Made by a program: the position numbers and the translations under genes
Notes under the pieces: model-generated
Databases searched by the model: none
What the model saw: only the letters and a program-made list of their open reading frames with translations
What the model was told of the DNA's origin: nothing
In this document: in pieces, positions 53,831 to 64,000 of the stretch
How the letters are laid out: each line of letters starts with the position of its first letter
How positions within the stretch are numbered: position 1 is the first letter of the stretch
IMG/VR virus record: IMGVR_UViG_3300042691_047443
Location: 1 to 64,000 of that record
Length of the DNA stretch: 64,000 bases
Origin: a virus
Reading direction: 5' to 3' (one strand)

Positions 53831-56800
53831 TCAACTTTGTACTCCGTTGAGTTCTTTCACACGAGACGCAAGATCCTCTATCTCGCCTTCAAGGGTAGCT
53901 GCCGATTCATACTTGCCATACGAATCATACGAAGCAAATGTCAGGTTAGTGTCGAACTTTCCTTGTCCAAAGGTATGAGTAATTCCAGATACACCATATA
54001 CGTTGTCCACGCTTGTTCCTGTGTTCATATCAACAAAAAACATCTGCGTAAAGCCAATTATAGGGATTCCTACTGTCCTCATTGACAACTGGGCAGGTAT
54101 GATTCGAAGAGGAAGGTTACCCACCCCTGAGCCTCGAGGAGTGGCTTGTGTCATATTACCTTTGCCCATCGATATCATTTGTGCAGCGGCAAGCATGGCA
54201 TTTCCCTGAGATCCCAGAGTGACCTCAAGAATACCGCTGCCATTTACACCAGGTATTAAGGTAGGAATCATTCGAGAAACATATGCCTTCGTCGAGTTCC
54301 AATCCGCAGCAGTACCGTTCACAATCAACTGCCTTCTCAGGACCTGACCTCCGTCAATCATTTTCGTGACATTGTCGGCCACTTCTATCGACTTTTTTAG
54401 TCTTCTTTGCGGATTTTTTTGCGATTCAGTCGCGTCTCTCACGTCCTCAGGTTTCAATTTTATCACTCTGTCTCTTGCGTATGGATTGTTAATCTCGTAC
54501 AGAGCGAGAAACGTATTTGTTTCACTGTTCCTGAATCTGAGAAAATTTGTCGCTTCCTTGTATGGATTCAAGGTACGATCATATATGTGAACCTTCAAAA
54601 TCCTGCTATAATCTTTGCCATATGGAGATGTGATTGGATTTGAATTTTGGTAAGCACGAAGCAAATCACCTGTTCCTTCTTCATACTTTACGCCATTAGG
54701 CGTACTCAATCGTCTTTTCTTATAAGTTACTTCAAGCAATATCTCTATTTCTGGTTGTTTAAACGGTCCTCTTCCTCTGTTAAATGACAGTGCAAGAGAG
54801 TTAAATAACGTATCCATATTTTCAGAAATTTGCGTAGGCTTGCCTTTTTCCCATGGGGTTAACAACGGATCTTTCATTCCCGTCTTTGCCCTGAACCCAT
54901 AAGGAACTGCAGCAAGATCTCTCACTTGAGATGTGATCACGAGTTGCAAAAATTGTTCTACAGTCATCGTAGTGCTGCCGTTATTTGCGATTGTTTCCCT
55001 GTAGGTGTATAAAAATGCAGGTAAATCTATCGCAAACTCGGCAATGTTTGTACTTGCCGCAAGACCGCAATATTCGTTCAGATTGTAAAAAATGATTTGT
55101 GATTCGTCTATTCCTTCCAATCCCAACAAGACGGGACCCATAAATACGCTAAATAGTTTACCAAAAGAAACTATCCTGCTGTTTATGATTTTTGTCAACT
55201 GATCGTTTGGTAATACAGTTTTAAAGTCTTTAACAAGATAAAGATATGGATATCCGTAGTCTGGGCCGTAACCCATGTCGTCTTGTAAAAGAAGTTTTTC
55301 CTTCTCGCTTGATGCAATGATGAACGGATCCGGAGTTGTCGCAAGTACGTCAAATTTCTTCTTTACTATTGCGTCTGCAACCTGTCTAAATGCCTGTCTT
55401 ATGGCTAATTTTTCACCGGAATCATTGTCCTGCGTGACCTCTTCAGTCTTCGATTCGGTCTCCGGTTCGTCTTCTGAATTTGTATCTTTATCTCCGACAG
55501 CGCTCGACTCTTCTTCCTCCTCCTCGGAAACTTTTGAGCGTGGCCTCTTTTTCCCGCCGTGATAATAATCGTCAAGTGCACTTCCAAGTGCACTAATCTT
55601 TTCCTGTGGAATCTGTTGATCTCCCCTCTTTTTCGCGAGCTGATTTGCCTTCTCGAGAGAATTAAGTAGTTCTGTGATGGCATCACCAACCTTGTTAGTG
55701 TCCATCTGAGGAATGGTCATGGTGGCAGCAGCGTTCAGGACCACCTGCGACCTAACTTCTGCAGCATCTGACGCTGATCCATTTCGAAGGTTGAGGTCAT
55801 TGGCAAGGTTGTTGATAAGTTGTGACAGACGACGCTGTCTTTCTTTCAGTTTTTTAAACTCAAGATCCTCATCAATTGTCGCCTTTTTGACATCTGAAAC
55901 GTGCTTTGTGAACAACTCGAGACTGATACCCACTCCACCACTCTGATTAAAAGAGTATGTAGAGCCCACGATACCGTAGGCTTCTCTGAGAAGCATGTTG
56001 TTGTTTATGAATTCTGCATATGTCCCGTTCGCATCATCACCAAGATTATCTGGATATCTCCAACCGTAGGTAAGCCACACGGTTGATCTACCGTAGGACG
56101 CCGGTTGCAACACATCGGCAAACTCTGATAATCTCGACTTGTCAAATAATGTCATGCTCAAGGCGGCTGTCTTGTGACTCATGACCCCCGTGGTTCCCTT
56201 GATGTTAATTGTGACGCTTTCAAGCGAAGCAAGAGGACGCATGGGGTCCAAGACGGGAACGTATCTATTGTTGGGATCCGTCGGATCCAGATTTATTAGC
56301 GTCTGTGGCGATGTAAAGAGCTCCATTCCTGCGGTTGTGCGTTGTCTGATGAGCTCGTCGCCGTAATAATTTGTTTCCTTGTATGAGCCACCATATTGTG
56401 ACTTATACATGATTGTGTTTGGATCACTTTCATTTTCACTTATTGAAGTTCCACCCATCAAAAACTTTAAAAGGCTTGGAGTGCTGAGCTTGTTTTCTGT
56501 CCCGTCAGGACGATCAAAGACAAATTCAAGTTCGACGTATGGGATACATTGCGATAAAATCACAGGAGGCAAGAAATTGAGGAATGTCTCAACTTTGCTT
56601 GCATCCCTTGTTGCCGGCGAGATGAAAGCATTTCTCGACAGACAGATGCTCATATTTTTTTCTTTAAGGCTCGGAGAGTTATCCGGAATGCCCAGTATGT
56701 TAGCGAAAGTCAGGCCGTCTTTGACCAATTTCCCAGTCTTTGGATCCTGATATGCGCGTGCAGACTTCTGGTACGATAATGTCGTATCACCTGATGATGA

Positions 56801-57055
56801 AAAGAACGAAAACCAACGATTCAACTGATTTCGTTGTTCAACATCTGTCTTTGCAGTCCCCAGTTCGTCTAATTTTTCTCGAAGAGCATCAACACCAAAT
56901 GATCCATTGTTGTTGCTCACAAGCAGTTCTGTGAGCCTCCTCACCATGGACAAAGGATCGTTTGCGTTACCATTGGAGTTCAGGAGCTCCGCCGCAATCT
57001 CTTGCGTAGGAGAGAAAATCCTGTATATGTTTTCAAGTTTTGTGAAGTCAGACAT
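53831..57055 (-). CDS. Putative baseplate hub / tail protein
   Basis: 1074 aa; LTYGW; C-terminal GIP....Q.FFVD..T...DNVY.V..ITHTF..GKF.T.L; follows the LysM-like gene. Confidence 0.6.
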   Translation of the reverse strand: MSDFTKLENIYRIFSPTQEIAAELLNSNGNANDPLSMVRRLTELLVSNNNGSFGVDALREKLDELGTAKTDVEQRNQLNRWFSFFSSSGDTTLSYQKSARAYQDPKTGKLVKDGLTFANILGIPDNSPSLKEKNMSICLSRNAFISPATRDASKVETFLNFLPPVILSQCIPYVELEFVFDRPDGTENKLSTPSLLKFLMGGTSISENESDPNTIMYKSQYGGSYKETNYYGDELIRQRTTAGMELFTSPQTLINLDPTDPNNRYVPVLDPMRPLASLESVTINIKGTTGVMSHKTAALSMTLFDKSRLSEFADVLQPASYGRSTVWLTYGWRYPDNLGDDANGTYAEFINNNMLLREAYGIVGSTYSFNQSGGVGISLELFTKHVSDVKKATIDEDLEFKKLKERQRRLSQLINNLANDLNLRNGSASDAAEVRSQVVLNAAATMTIPQMDTNKVGDAITELLNSLEKANQLAKKRGDQQIPQEKISALGSALDDYYHGGKKRPRSKVSEEEEEESSAVGDKDTNSEDEPETESKTEEVTQDNDSGEKLAIRQAFRQVADAIVKKKFDVLATTPDPFIIASSEKEKLLLQDDMGYGPDYGYPYLYLVKDFKTVLPNDQLTKIINSRIVSFGKLFSVFMGPVLLGLEGIDESQIIFYNLNEYCGLAASTNIAEFAIDLPAFLYTYRETIANNGSTTMTVEQFLQLVITSQVRDLAAVPYGFRAKTGMKDPLLTPWEKGKPTQISENMDTLFNSLALSFNRGRGPFKQPEIEILLEVTYKKRRLSTPNGVKYEEGTGDLLRAYQNSNPITSPYGKDYSRILKVHIYDRTLNPYKEATNFLRFRNSETNTFLALYEINNPYARDRVIKLKPEDVRDATESQKNPQRRLKKSIEVADNVTKMIDGGQVLRRQLIVNGTAADWNSTKAYVSRMIPTLIPGVNGSGILEVTLGSQGNAMLAAAQMISMGKGNMTQATPRGSGVGNLPLRIIPAQLSMRTVGIPIIGFTQMFFVDMNTGTSVDNVYGVSGITHTFGQGKFDTNLTFASYDSYGKYESAATLEGEIEDLASRVKELNGVQS

Positions 57056-57058
57056 TGA

Positions 57059-57352
57059 TCATCCAATCAGGTTTATGACGCTTGCGAGATCCGGTATTTT
57101 TATTTCGGTGTTGGGAGGAACCTGAAGTCCCCATCCGATATCGGAGGCGGCTGCTAACACCCACCAATAACGAGCATCACCATATATCTGTCCCGCTAGT
57201 ACGTCTAGACGTTCACGTTCCCTGAGAAACATTGCGTCGGTGTAAAGGCTTCCATTTTTAACCGCGGAACGTATCACGGCAATCGCAACAGAGGTTCCAT
57301 ATTGAGTCCCAAAAGATAAAATTGGTGTCCTATTATATCTGCTGTGTGGCAT
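57059..57352 (-). CDS. Baseplate wedge / tail X LysM-like protein
   Basis: ERLDVLAGQIYGDARYWWVLAAAS.I......P....IKIP. Confidence 0.8.
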   Translation of the reverse strand: MPHSRYNRTPILSFGTQYGTSVAIAVIRSAVKNGSLYTDAMFLRERERLDVLAGQIYGDARYWWVLAAASDIGWGLQVPPNTEIKIPDLASVINLIG

Positions 57353-57376
57353 TGTCTACCTTTTTACAAGACATTC

Positions 57377-60300
57377 TTAATCTTCTTGCTTGGAATCTGA
57401 AATTTCCACCTGTTTGTTCATTGGCACTACTGAGTATATAGGCGCCCTATTGTAACCTTGCGAATCAAGACCCGGGCTGATGTCATGTATTGGCGAGAAT
57501 GAAATGGTGATCTTACAGGCCTTTGGCGCGACGCTGCCGTTTGTTTCCCAAGTGTACGTGAGCCAGTCAAAATTCATGCTCTCTATGACACCTGCAAGGC
57601 CCTTACCTGATGCAGATTTGAACGATTTTACGATTGCATTATTTTTTTCATCCAAAAATGACCCAAGGCCTTCAATCCTTGCTTTGTTACGTGCTTCCGG
57701 AGTCATCAGTTTTTGTGCGCGAGGAGTTAATCCAGAGATCCAGAGATCTCGTTCAAATAATATGTACACAGGTGGATTGGGAAAGGACTTTTCAAGGTCT
57801 TCATTCTTTTTACGAATTGCCTCCTGCTCCGAGGTCAGGACGTAGCCCTCTTTTTTCCAAAGTGCTTTATTTGCCCACGGAATCGTAAATGCCCACAACC
57901 ATTCCCCTTGCTGGATTACACCTTTCTTGGCGCTTGTTGGTACACCTTGCTGAGAAGCATCAAATTGAAATCTCTTTACTCTTTCAATTGGAACATTAAA
58001 CGATGGACGTTCCTTGAAAAAGTTAAGATCACCAGAAGAACGAAGGATTGAAGGCGAATATACGTCGCTTGTCAGTCCCGGTGCCAACCACTCTCCTTCA
58101 AGACGACGGCTGCGGACTACGATTTGACCTGTAGATAGGTTAAAAATTTTCTCTCCCGTATCTTCATACTTCTTTTTTGCTTCGGCCAACAAGGTGTTAG
58201 GGTTCGAAGTGGTTTGTTTTGGAGGTTCGTTTGTCGTTTCCTGACTTGTTTCAGTTACTTCAGCCTCTTTGTCAAATCTTGATTCAGGCAAATTTGCGCC
58301 GAACAAACGAGCAAGCGCAAATTTTGAGTAGTTGCTCTTAATGAGATCACCCAACCGAAGTCTGATGAGAGGCGTTGCGCCGACAAGTTGAGAAAAGGGT
58401 TGTATGAAACTGTAATTTGTTCCCACGTTGTGTCGACGGCCTTGCGTATACTGTGGATACATCAAAGTCGTCATTTTATTTATCTTTTCCCACATAAACT
58501 GGTAGTCTGATTCATTCGTGGAAACCACCACAAACGAGATGCCGATCTTTCTTTGGGTTCCTTTGTATATCCTCACTGGTTCGATTCTGCCTATTCCCTC
58601 TATCGATTCGTACGCCGTGGAAAAATCATCAGACAACGATTCAAGAAATGCGTGGAACGACACGATTTCATTTGTTCTCAGGTCGTGAAAATAAAATGGA
58701 ACGTATTCTGCGTCTAATCGTCTTTCCACGAAAGACACAGTCACATCGTCAAGAGATTTTGGTGGCACATCGTCGCCGTTCGGTATCCTCCCACTGATGG
58801 GACGAATGTATTTAACCCTGGAGAGGTCGTCCAACAGTTTGACCTGTGGGGTGTCCATTTGTGTTGCAACGTTACCAACAAACTCCTCAATATTTCTAGG
58901 AAGCAGTAAGGTGGCTATTGCCCTACTTGTTCCCATTGACAATCTGTTGGTTACGTTGCCGAACTTGTCGATCACACGTGGGAGATGTATTCTCGGAATT
59001 CCTGCCGATGCCTGTTCTGCTGCACTTTGCTCTTGAAAATAATATCGAGTAGCCAGGTCGTAATCGCCCTTGATGGCAGCAATCCTTATTGCTGCCATCA
59101 ACTTAGAGTTAGAGAGCTCCTCAATCAAATTTTTCATCTTATACAAAGATTCTGAAGGAGAACCTATCAGGTTTAAGCTAAAAAGACCTATCACCTGTTT
59201 TATCAATTTTATTCCCGACACGATTATCATCTTTATGTAAAAGACGACCTGGGCGACCCCAGAAATTCCGTTTATCGCAATTTCGCTCAAAGAATCAACT
59301 GAATCAGTCAGTCCACCGAGGCCCAAGGCGCTTTCAAAAATAAGCGAAGTGCCACGAACCACTGCCTCAGCCAGTGAAAATTGGGTGGGAGGTATTCCCA
59401 ACAGGTTCATCACCGGATTGATTTCTTGTGAACTTCCAAACTTCTTCCTGCTCGTTGTTGGCAAAAGACTCTCTTTCCCAAAGATGAGCAATAGGATCTG
59501 ATAGACCTCCTGAATGATTTCCACAACGACGTTGGACATGACGCTTGCCAACGCCAACATTGAGGTCGATGTAAATGTATTGATCACGTTGTTTACGTTT
59601 CCCCATGAAGCGTCATTGGTGACGTTCAGGTAGAACTCGTCTTTTAGGTCTAACTCAGATATCTCCTTGATGATCTCTTCGAGCTCTAAATCGACAAGAT
59701 CTACTGTTTGGCCTCGGGCTTGCTTTGCAAGCCACGACTTTTGCACCACGGCAGGATCATTTGCGGCCTGACTTGACACCACTGATTCACCGGTTGCTCG
59801 CAGTGAAAGCGCAGTTCCAATCTGGGCAAGACGACCCGCGGTAATGGCTCCATATCTTGGATGGTGAAACGTTGGATTGAACCGAACATCATCTTCAGTT
59901 TCAACGTTCACAACAGAGACTCCGTCCTGCTCAACCTTTGTTTTCTTCTTCTTCTTACCTTCGCCGCTGAAGGTCTGTGACCTGTCCGAAATTGACGCAA
60001 ACCGGTTATTTGCAAGGATCGCGTTTTGGTAACGAGTCATTGCTTGTTTCGGTTCATCCTTGAGAAGAGAATCTCCTGTCTGGGCATCGCGGCTTTCAAC
60101 CTGACTTTTGCCTTTTTTTACAACGTCCTTCAAGAGCGCCTCGGGAGTGTCTGAGGTCGCCGCAGTGGTGACCCATCCCCTGAGTGGACTGTCCGGAGAT
60201 TGCAGGTTTACGCCTGATAGATTACCTGCATCACGAGTGTGATAATTAGAATTTGTTGCACCCGGAGGTTGTATCTGCGGGGTTGTATTGTTTTCTCCGG

Positions 60301-60688
60301 TTATGCGAGTTTCTACGATCGAAGACACACCATCCACCGGGTATCGATTTACCTCTGTCTTTTTTCCAAGGTAATCAGCCAACGTTCTTTTTGTGTCCTT
60401 GCTCAGGTCTTTTGGCGTGTGATCAACGTTTACATTTCCTCCGCGAAGCGACAGGTCAAACGGCAGATCTGGGTCCTGTTGCCTCGCTGGATCACCCACG
60501 ATGTACGAATAAATCCCGGGTTTGGAGTTGTTTACATCCCCTGGACCGATGACCACACCACCCAACCCGGTGTCTATGCCAACGTAATCAGCGTCCACCC
60601 CGGGAGCCGGAAGAGGTGAAGCCTGAATTCCTGGTCTTGCTTGTCCCGGTGGTTGTGGCGTAAATGGTGGGGTCGGAGGTTGTGCCAT
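57377..60688 (-). CDS. Large tail/baseplate protein with tube-initiator-like domain
   Basis: F.AFLESLSDDF...Y....G.GRIEPVRIYKGTQRKIGISF; P.IRLRLGDL; position between tape measure and LysM genes. Confidence 0.6.
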   Translation of the reverse strand: MAQPPTPPFTPQPPGQARPGIQASPLPAPGVDADYVGIDTGLGGVVIGPGDVNNSKPGIYSYIVGDPARQQDPDLPFDLSLRGGNVNVDHTPKDLSKDTKRTLADYLGKKTEVNRYPVDGVSSIVETRITGENNTTPQIQPPGATNSNYHTRDAGNLSGVNLQSPDSPLRGWVTTAATSDTPEALLKDVVKKGKSQVESRDAQTGDSLLKDEPKQAMTRYQNAILANNRFASISDRSQTFSGEGKKKKKTKVEQDGVSVVNVETEDDVRFNPTFHHPRYGAITAGRLAQIGTALSLRATGESVVSSQAANDPAVVQKSWLAKQARGQTVDLVDLELEEIIKEISELDLKDEFYLNVTNDASWGNVNNVINTFTSTSMLALASVMSNVVVEIIQEVYQILLLIFGKESLLPTTSRKKFGSSQEINPVMNLLGIPPTQFSLAEAVVRGTSLIFESALGLGGLTDSVDSLSEIAINGISGVAQVVFYIKMIIVSGIKLIKQVIGLFSLNLIGSPSESLYKMKNLIEELSNSKLMAAIRIAAIKGDYDLATRYYFQEQSAAEQASAGIPRIHLPRVIDKFGNVTNRLSMGTSRAIATLLLPRNIEEFVGNVATQMDTPQVKLLDDLSRVKYIRPISGRIPNGDDVPPKSLDDVTVSFVERRLDAEYVPFYFHDLRTNEIVSFHAFLESLSDDFSTAYESIEGIGRIEPVRIYKGTQRKIGISFVVVSTNESDYQFMWEKINKMTTLMYPQYTQGRRHNVGTNYSFIQPFSQLVGATPLIRLRLGDLIKSNYSKFALARLFGANLPESRFDKEAEVTETSQETTNEPPKQTTSNPNTLLAEAKKKYEDTGEKIFNLSTGQIVVRSRRLEGEWLAPGLTSDVYSPSILRSSGDLNFFKERPSFNVPIERVKRFQFDASQQGVPTSAKKGVIQQGEWLWAFTIPWANKALWKKEGYVLTSEQEAIRKKNEDLEKSFPNPPVYILFERDLWISGLTPRAQKLMTPEARNKARIEGLGSFLDEKNNAIVKSFKSASGKGLAGVIESMNFDWLTYTWETNGSVAPKACKITISFSPIHDISPGLDSQGYNRAPIYSVVPMNKQVEISDSKQED

Positions 60689-60709
60689 CTGTCATAATCC
60701 TATCTGAAG

Positions 60710-60949
60710 TCATGCGTTATTCTTAAGTATCGGCCATACATCCTTTGCGACTCTTGACAATTCATTGCGGACACCGACATCGGTCTTGATCTTGTCTAAG
60801 AACGTCTCGAGGCTCACAATAACGTCCAAAAATTCACCTTGGATCATACCTTCGATATTTTTTCTTTCGCCTTCTGGCGCTTTTTCTATGGCCTTTAGAT
60901 AAGTCTCGCCTTTGAGCATACTGGCGATTATTTCTTCCCTGGATCTCAT
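60710..60949 (-). CDS. Hypothetical protein
   Basis: GGAGG RBS before ATG 60949 (MRSREEII). Confidence 0.6.
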   Translation of the reverse strand: MRSREEIIASMLKGETYLKAIEKAPEGERKNIEGMIQGEFLDVIVSLETFLDKIKTDVGVRNELSRVAKDVWPILKNNA

Positions 60950-60950
60950 C

Positions 60951-63900
60951 TCATACCTCCGGTGTTGCTCCTGACGCCTGCAGACCAAAAGTCCTCGGCA
61001 GGCCGCTCGCTGTCGTTGCTGGGAACGGTGGTGGATTTCCCTCGTGCGGGATCGCAGAGGCAACCTTTGTCTTCTCTCCTCCTTGCTCGCCACCCGCCAA
61101 GAGGTTAATGTAGTCACGTATTATCGATTTCTTCCTGATGAGGATTGCACGTTCAAGCTCTGATGCAAGCATCTCCACGTGAACCTCAAGGTTGATCTGC
61201 AGTTGCTTATTCTTGATGACAAGGTCGTTCTTCCCACCGACACCCATGTTCTCAGCCAGTGATTTCAGGCGAGTCTTGATGTTTACCGTCCCCAGCTGAT
61301 CAGGGGCCAAGGCTTCATTCATGCTGTTGATAGAGCGCACCAAGTTGGTGACGGCATCCATCGTGCCTTGGGCGACGCCCTTGCTCATTGCGCTCTCTAC
61401 CTTTGCGAAGGACCGTTGTACCTTCACCAAAGAACCGGCAAGTTTGTCGAAATCAGATATCGCAGAATTCAGCGTTGCATAGTCGATGTTTTTTAACGCC
61501 GTGGTGAGTTCGGAAAGCTGGTTCTTACCGTCTTCGCCGACAAACCCCTTGGTCAATCCTCCCAAGGCAAGGGCAATCGAGGAAAACTTTTCAGGTGCAC
61601 CACTGAACCCAGCGGTGTCAATCTTGATGATGCTTTCAATTGATGATGCGGCATTCGCAAGGGACTCAGAAAACTTTGCCAGTCTTTCCATCATCTTGGT
61701 GCTGTTGGTCTTACCAAGAGAATCTCCAAGAGAATCTATGTGTCCCACGATATTTTCAACTGACTGCCCTATTCCCCCATTGCCCTTTCCAAGAATGACA
61801 TCAAGGGCCGACATTCCACTGCTCAAACCTTCTTGAAATGTCGGTTCATCGGCCTTCACAGTGTTGATTTTCGCACCGAAATCCCTGAGGCCGGTGAATG
61901 AATCCGAGAGTTTCTTCAGGTTTTCGAAGAACGTAGTGAGTTTTCCGGTGATCTTGGACAAGGACGTACTGCGGCCTTTCGTCAGGAAATCGTAGACCTT
62001 CTCCACTTTGTTCATCAGAGGAGGGAGGTACCCGCCGTTTGGACCTTCGATCATGCTTCCCATGATCTGTGTGATCCTCAAAATGGCGTCTCCCATGTCG
62101 AATTCCTTGATAACGATGTTTCCCTTGCTGTCCTTGGTCTCATCGAGGCTCCTCACGGCAGCGGCAAGTTCAGGCACCGCCTTCAACAGATTAAAGAGCC
62201 CAACCACTGTCTTCACCTTCTTGTCAAAGGTCTCACCGGCCTTGCCTGAAGGCATGGTGTCAGCAACACGCTGAACGCCTTCTACGAGGGACCCAAAGAG
62301 TGGGCCAATCTCACGTAAAATTTCAGTCAGCGTAGGCGCATTTGATGTGATATTGACAACGTTGCCCACGGCACCCTTGTCTATCTTCACTGACGGAACC
62401 TTTGCGCCCTGGTTGATCGCCGAACTAAGATCACCCACAGCCTTCAATATCTCCCCGATGCTGCCCATGGCGTTCAACTTGTCGACCGGTACGTCCTTCA
62501 CGTAATAAAGCAGGTCTTCGATCAGCCCTCCTGCCAACGTGCTAACCAATGATCTGATCCGTGGTAGGTATTCCTTGAAAAACTGTGTCACGCCCTCGAT
62601 GTCGAGCTTTTGGTTACCGTCTTTATCGGTGACCTTGAAGGCGTTTATCACCTCTGGGTTCGGTGATATGGCTTGCAATAAACTGGCTATTCCACTGAAC
62701 AATCCTCCTATGGCCTGTATCTTCTCAGGCGGCGGTAGAGGCTGTTCCAACATGCCCGAAACAGCATCGATCGAATAGCGGATGAGTTGCCGTAACGACC
62801 CGGTCATGGTCTTCATGGTCTCGTTGACGCCATCAACGAGTTCAGGAACGCTGGGCCCAAACATTGCCTCCGTTGCTTTGAAGAACTCGGGCGATGGAGT
62901 CAACGCCTTAGCCAGCTCTCCTACGGACCCGAGGACGCCGCTAAAAACACCAGCAGCTTCACCCATACCCTCAACGTTAAGATCCTTGATGGCGTTGATC
63001 ACGACCTCAACTATTCCAATAATTCCGTTGCCACCGCGTTCACCTATCAACATCTCAATAAATTCAGTCGCTTTGTTAATCTTCTTTGCAAAAGAGGTGC
63101 CCTGGATTATGTCACCCAGGCCTGGCGTCATCAATTCCATGATGCTGGCGATTGAATCAATCAGACTGCCAATGGACGACATCACCTTGACAAATACATC
63201 TGCCTTCGGTCCGATGTCGTCTGAAACATCTAGTTTATTGAGATCCTTTATGATCGTCATTGCAACTTCAGAGAGAGAGTACGTCGCGACCCCCAGGGCG
63301 GCAAATCCAGCCAACATGAATGGCAGCGCAAATGTTGCGGCGGCACCGACAATCACAGAAGCCAACAGGACAGGTACCATGATGAGGAATACGATCGCGA
63401 GTGACTCCAACATCGAGGTGTAAGCATTTACGATTTCCGGATCTATCTTCACCTCTTGTAAGGATTCAACGATGTTGATACCGATTTCGCTCAAGGCCCA
63501 AACGACGGCAGTGATCGCCGCGAGGCCGATGAGCACCTTGCCAATACCACCAGCTGATAAGCCGGATAGGCCCTCCATGCTCTTCATTACGAGAGAGGCG
63601 GCGAGTGAAACCGCACCGAGCAGAGCGGCGGCGATCCCGACCTCTTCAAGCGTGAATCCAGCCTCTGTGACAGATTGCAGGAGAGCATAGCCCACGAAGC
63701 TCAACGCAGCAATAGCGAGGGTCACGCCGACCAAAGCGCCAGCCATAGTCTTCCAGTCGACATCTTTCACATTTTCCATCATCAATCCCAGCGCACCCGC
63801 TGCCAGCGTCATCGCCCCTATCAAGGCTGCGGCCACCCCGATCTCTTCGATCTTGTAGTCCTTGACCATCTCTACGATTTTTGACCCTGCGAGGCCTAAA

Positions 63901-64000
63901 AGATATATGCCGAGTGCAAGTGAAGGCAGGATTCCCAAAAGGGCACCCCACGAGATGTCCTTGATCTTGTCGTACATCCCCCCGAACGCTATCGCGATGG
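60951..64000 (-). CDS. Tape measure-like protein, 5' end outside window
   Basis: More than 1000 aa, helical and Ala/Gly/Leu-rich with hydrophobic repeats; frame stays open to the window edge. Confidence 0.7.
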   Translation of the reverse strand, partial: IAIAFGGMYDKIKDISWGALLGILPSLALGIYLLGLAGSKIVEMVKDYKIEEIGVAAALIGAMTLAAGALGLMMENVKDVDWKTMAGALVGVTLAIAALSFVGYALLQSVTEAGFTLEEVGIAAALLGAVSLAASLVMKSMEGLSGLSAGGIGKVLIGLAAITAVVWALSEIGINIVESLQEVKIDPEIVNAYTSMLESLAIVFLIMVPVLLASVIVGAAATFALPFMLAGFAALGVATYSLSEVAMTIIKDLNKLDVSDDIGPKADVFVKVMSSIGSLIDSIASIMELMTPGLGDIIQGTSFAKKINKATEFIEMLIGERGGNGIIGIVEVVINAIKDLNVEGMGEAAGVFSGVLGSVGELAKALTPSPEFFKATEAMFGPSVPELVDGVNETMKTMTGSLRQLIRYSIDAVSGMLEQPLPPPEKIQAIGGLFSGIASLLQAISPNPEVINAFKVTDKDGNQKLDIEGVTQFFKEYLPRIRSLVSTLAGGLIEDLLYYVKDVPVDKLNAMGSIGEILKAVGDLSSAINQGAKVPSVKIDKGAVGNVVNITSNAPTLTEILREIGPLFGSLVEGVQRVADTMPSGKAGETFDKKVKTVVGLFNLLKAVPELAAAVRSLDETKDSKGNIVIKEFDMGDAILRITQIMGSMIEGPNGGYLPPLMNKVEKVYDFLTKGRSTSLSKITGKLTTFFENLKKLSDSFTGLRDFGAKINTVKADEPTFQEGLSSGMSALDVILGKGNGGIGQSVENIVGHIDSLGDSLGKTNSTKMMERLAKFSESLANAASSIESIIKIDTAGFSGAPEKFSSIALALGGLTKGFVGEDGKNQLSELTTALKNIDYATLNSAISDFDKLAGSLVKVQRSFAKVESAMSKGVAQGTMDAVTNLVRSINSMNEALAPDQLGTVNIKTRLKSLAENMGVGGKNDLVIKNKQLQINLEVHVEMLASELERAILIRKKSIIRDYINLLAGGEQGGEKTKVASAIPHEGNPPPFPATTASGLPRTFGLQASGATPEV

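Noticed and set aside
43-63951. Numerous plus-strand and alternate-frame ORFs in the track (e.g. 2040..2618, 34515..35066, 50360..50884, 62782..63423)
   Set aside because: They are antisense shadows of well-supported minus-strand genes with no motifs; only 5178, 35606 and 52246 occupy their own space on the plus strand
1-64000. Eukaryotic giant virus (NCLDV) origin, suggested by MBD4-like, BCS1-like, UXS and RNR genes
   Set aside because: DnaE, RecA, gp32- and gp41-like proteins, tape measure and baseplate genes, sigma70-like promoters, Shine-Dalgarno sites and overlapping operons all indicate a bacteriophage
1-64000. Stop-codon reassignment, as seen in some large phages
   Set aside because: Long conserved genes are intact in the standard code, and TAA, TAG and TGA all end genes
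1-64000. CRISPR array, tRNA or rRNA genes
   Set aside because: No regularly spaced repeats or T-loop/cloverleaf signatures seen by eye, and little intergenic space; a tRNAscan or CRISPR search would be needed to exclude them formally

Overview
This is a 64 kb segment of a large tailed (probably jumbo myovirus-type) bacteriophage genome. It is densely coded in the standard code and almost entirely on the minus strand. In transcription order it holds: a tail/baseplate block (5'-truncated tape-measure-like gene, tube-initiator-like, LysM/gp53-like and hub-like genes); replication and recombination genes (stand-alone PolA polymerase domain, gp32-like SSB, RecA, two 5'-3' exonucleases, gp41/DnaB-like helicase, DnaE-type replicase); nucleotide metabolism (NrdA/NrdB, ThyX, dUTPase, thymidine kinase, dCMP deaminase, all-alpha dNTP pyrophosphatase); and many accessory genes. 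Five things stand out. (1) An apparently complete cytosine hypermodification pathway: a T4 gp42-like dCMP hydroxymethylase, dNMP kinase, glycosyltransferase, NDP-sugar 4-epimerase, UDP-xylose synthase and gp56-like dCTPase, plus an MBD4-like glycosylase. This suggests pentosylated hmC in a DnaE-replicated phage. (2) A co-transcribed module of HslV-like protease, Pol-beta nucleotidyltransferase, ligase-HxGH fusion and phosphoesterase, of unknown function. (3) About 15 unrelated proteins, including SOD, Dps-like and pentapeptide-repeat proteins, share an N-terminal L(R/K)xxIxE helix, and many have a shared upstream nTAnnTA motif; this is a candidate late-expressed capsid-loading system. (4) A sigma70-like promoter class puts the start codon 6-7 nt after the -10 box, implying leaderless mRNAs. 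(5) A tandem array of short GDLV (SH3/KOW-like) genes lies at the left end. All product calls come from motif recognition by eye, not from database searches.
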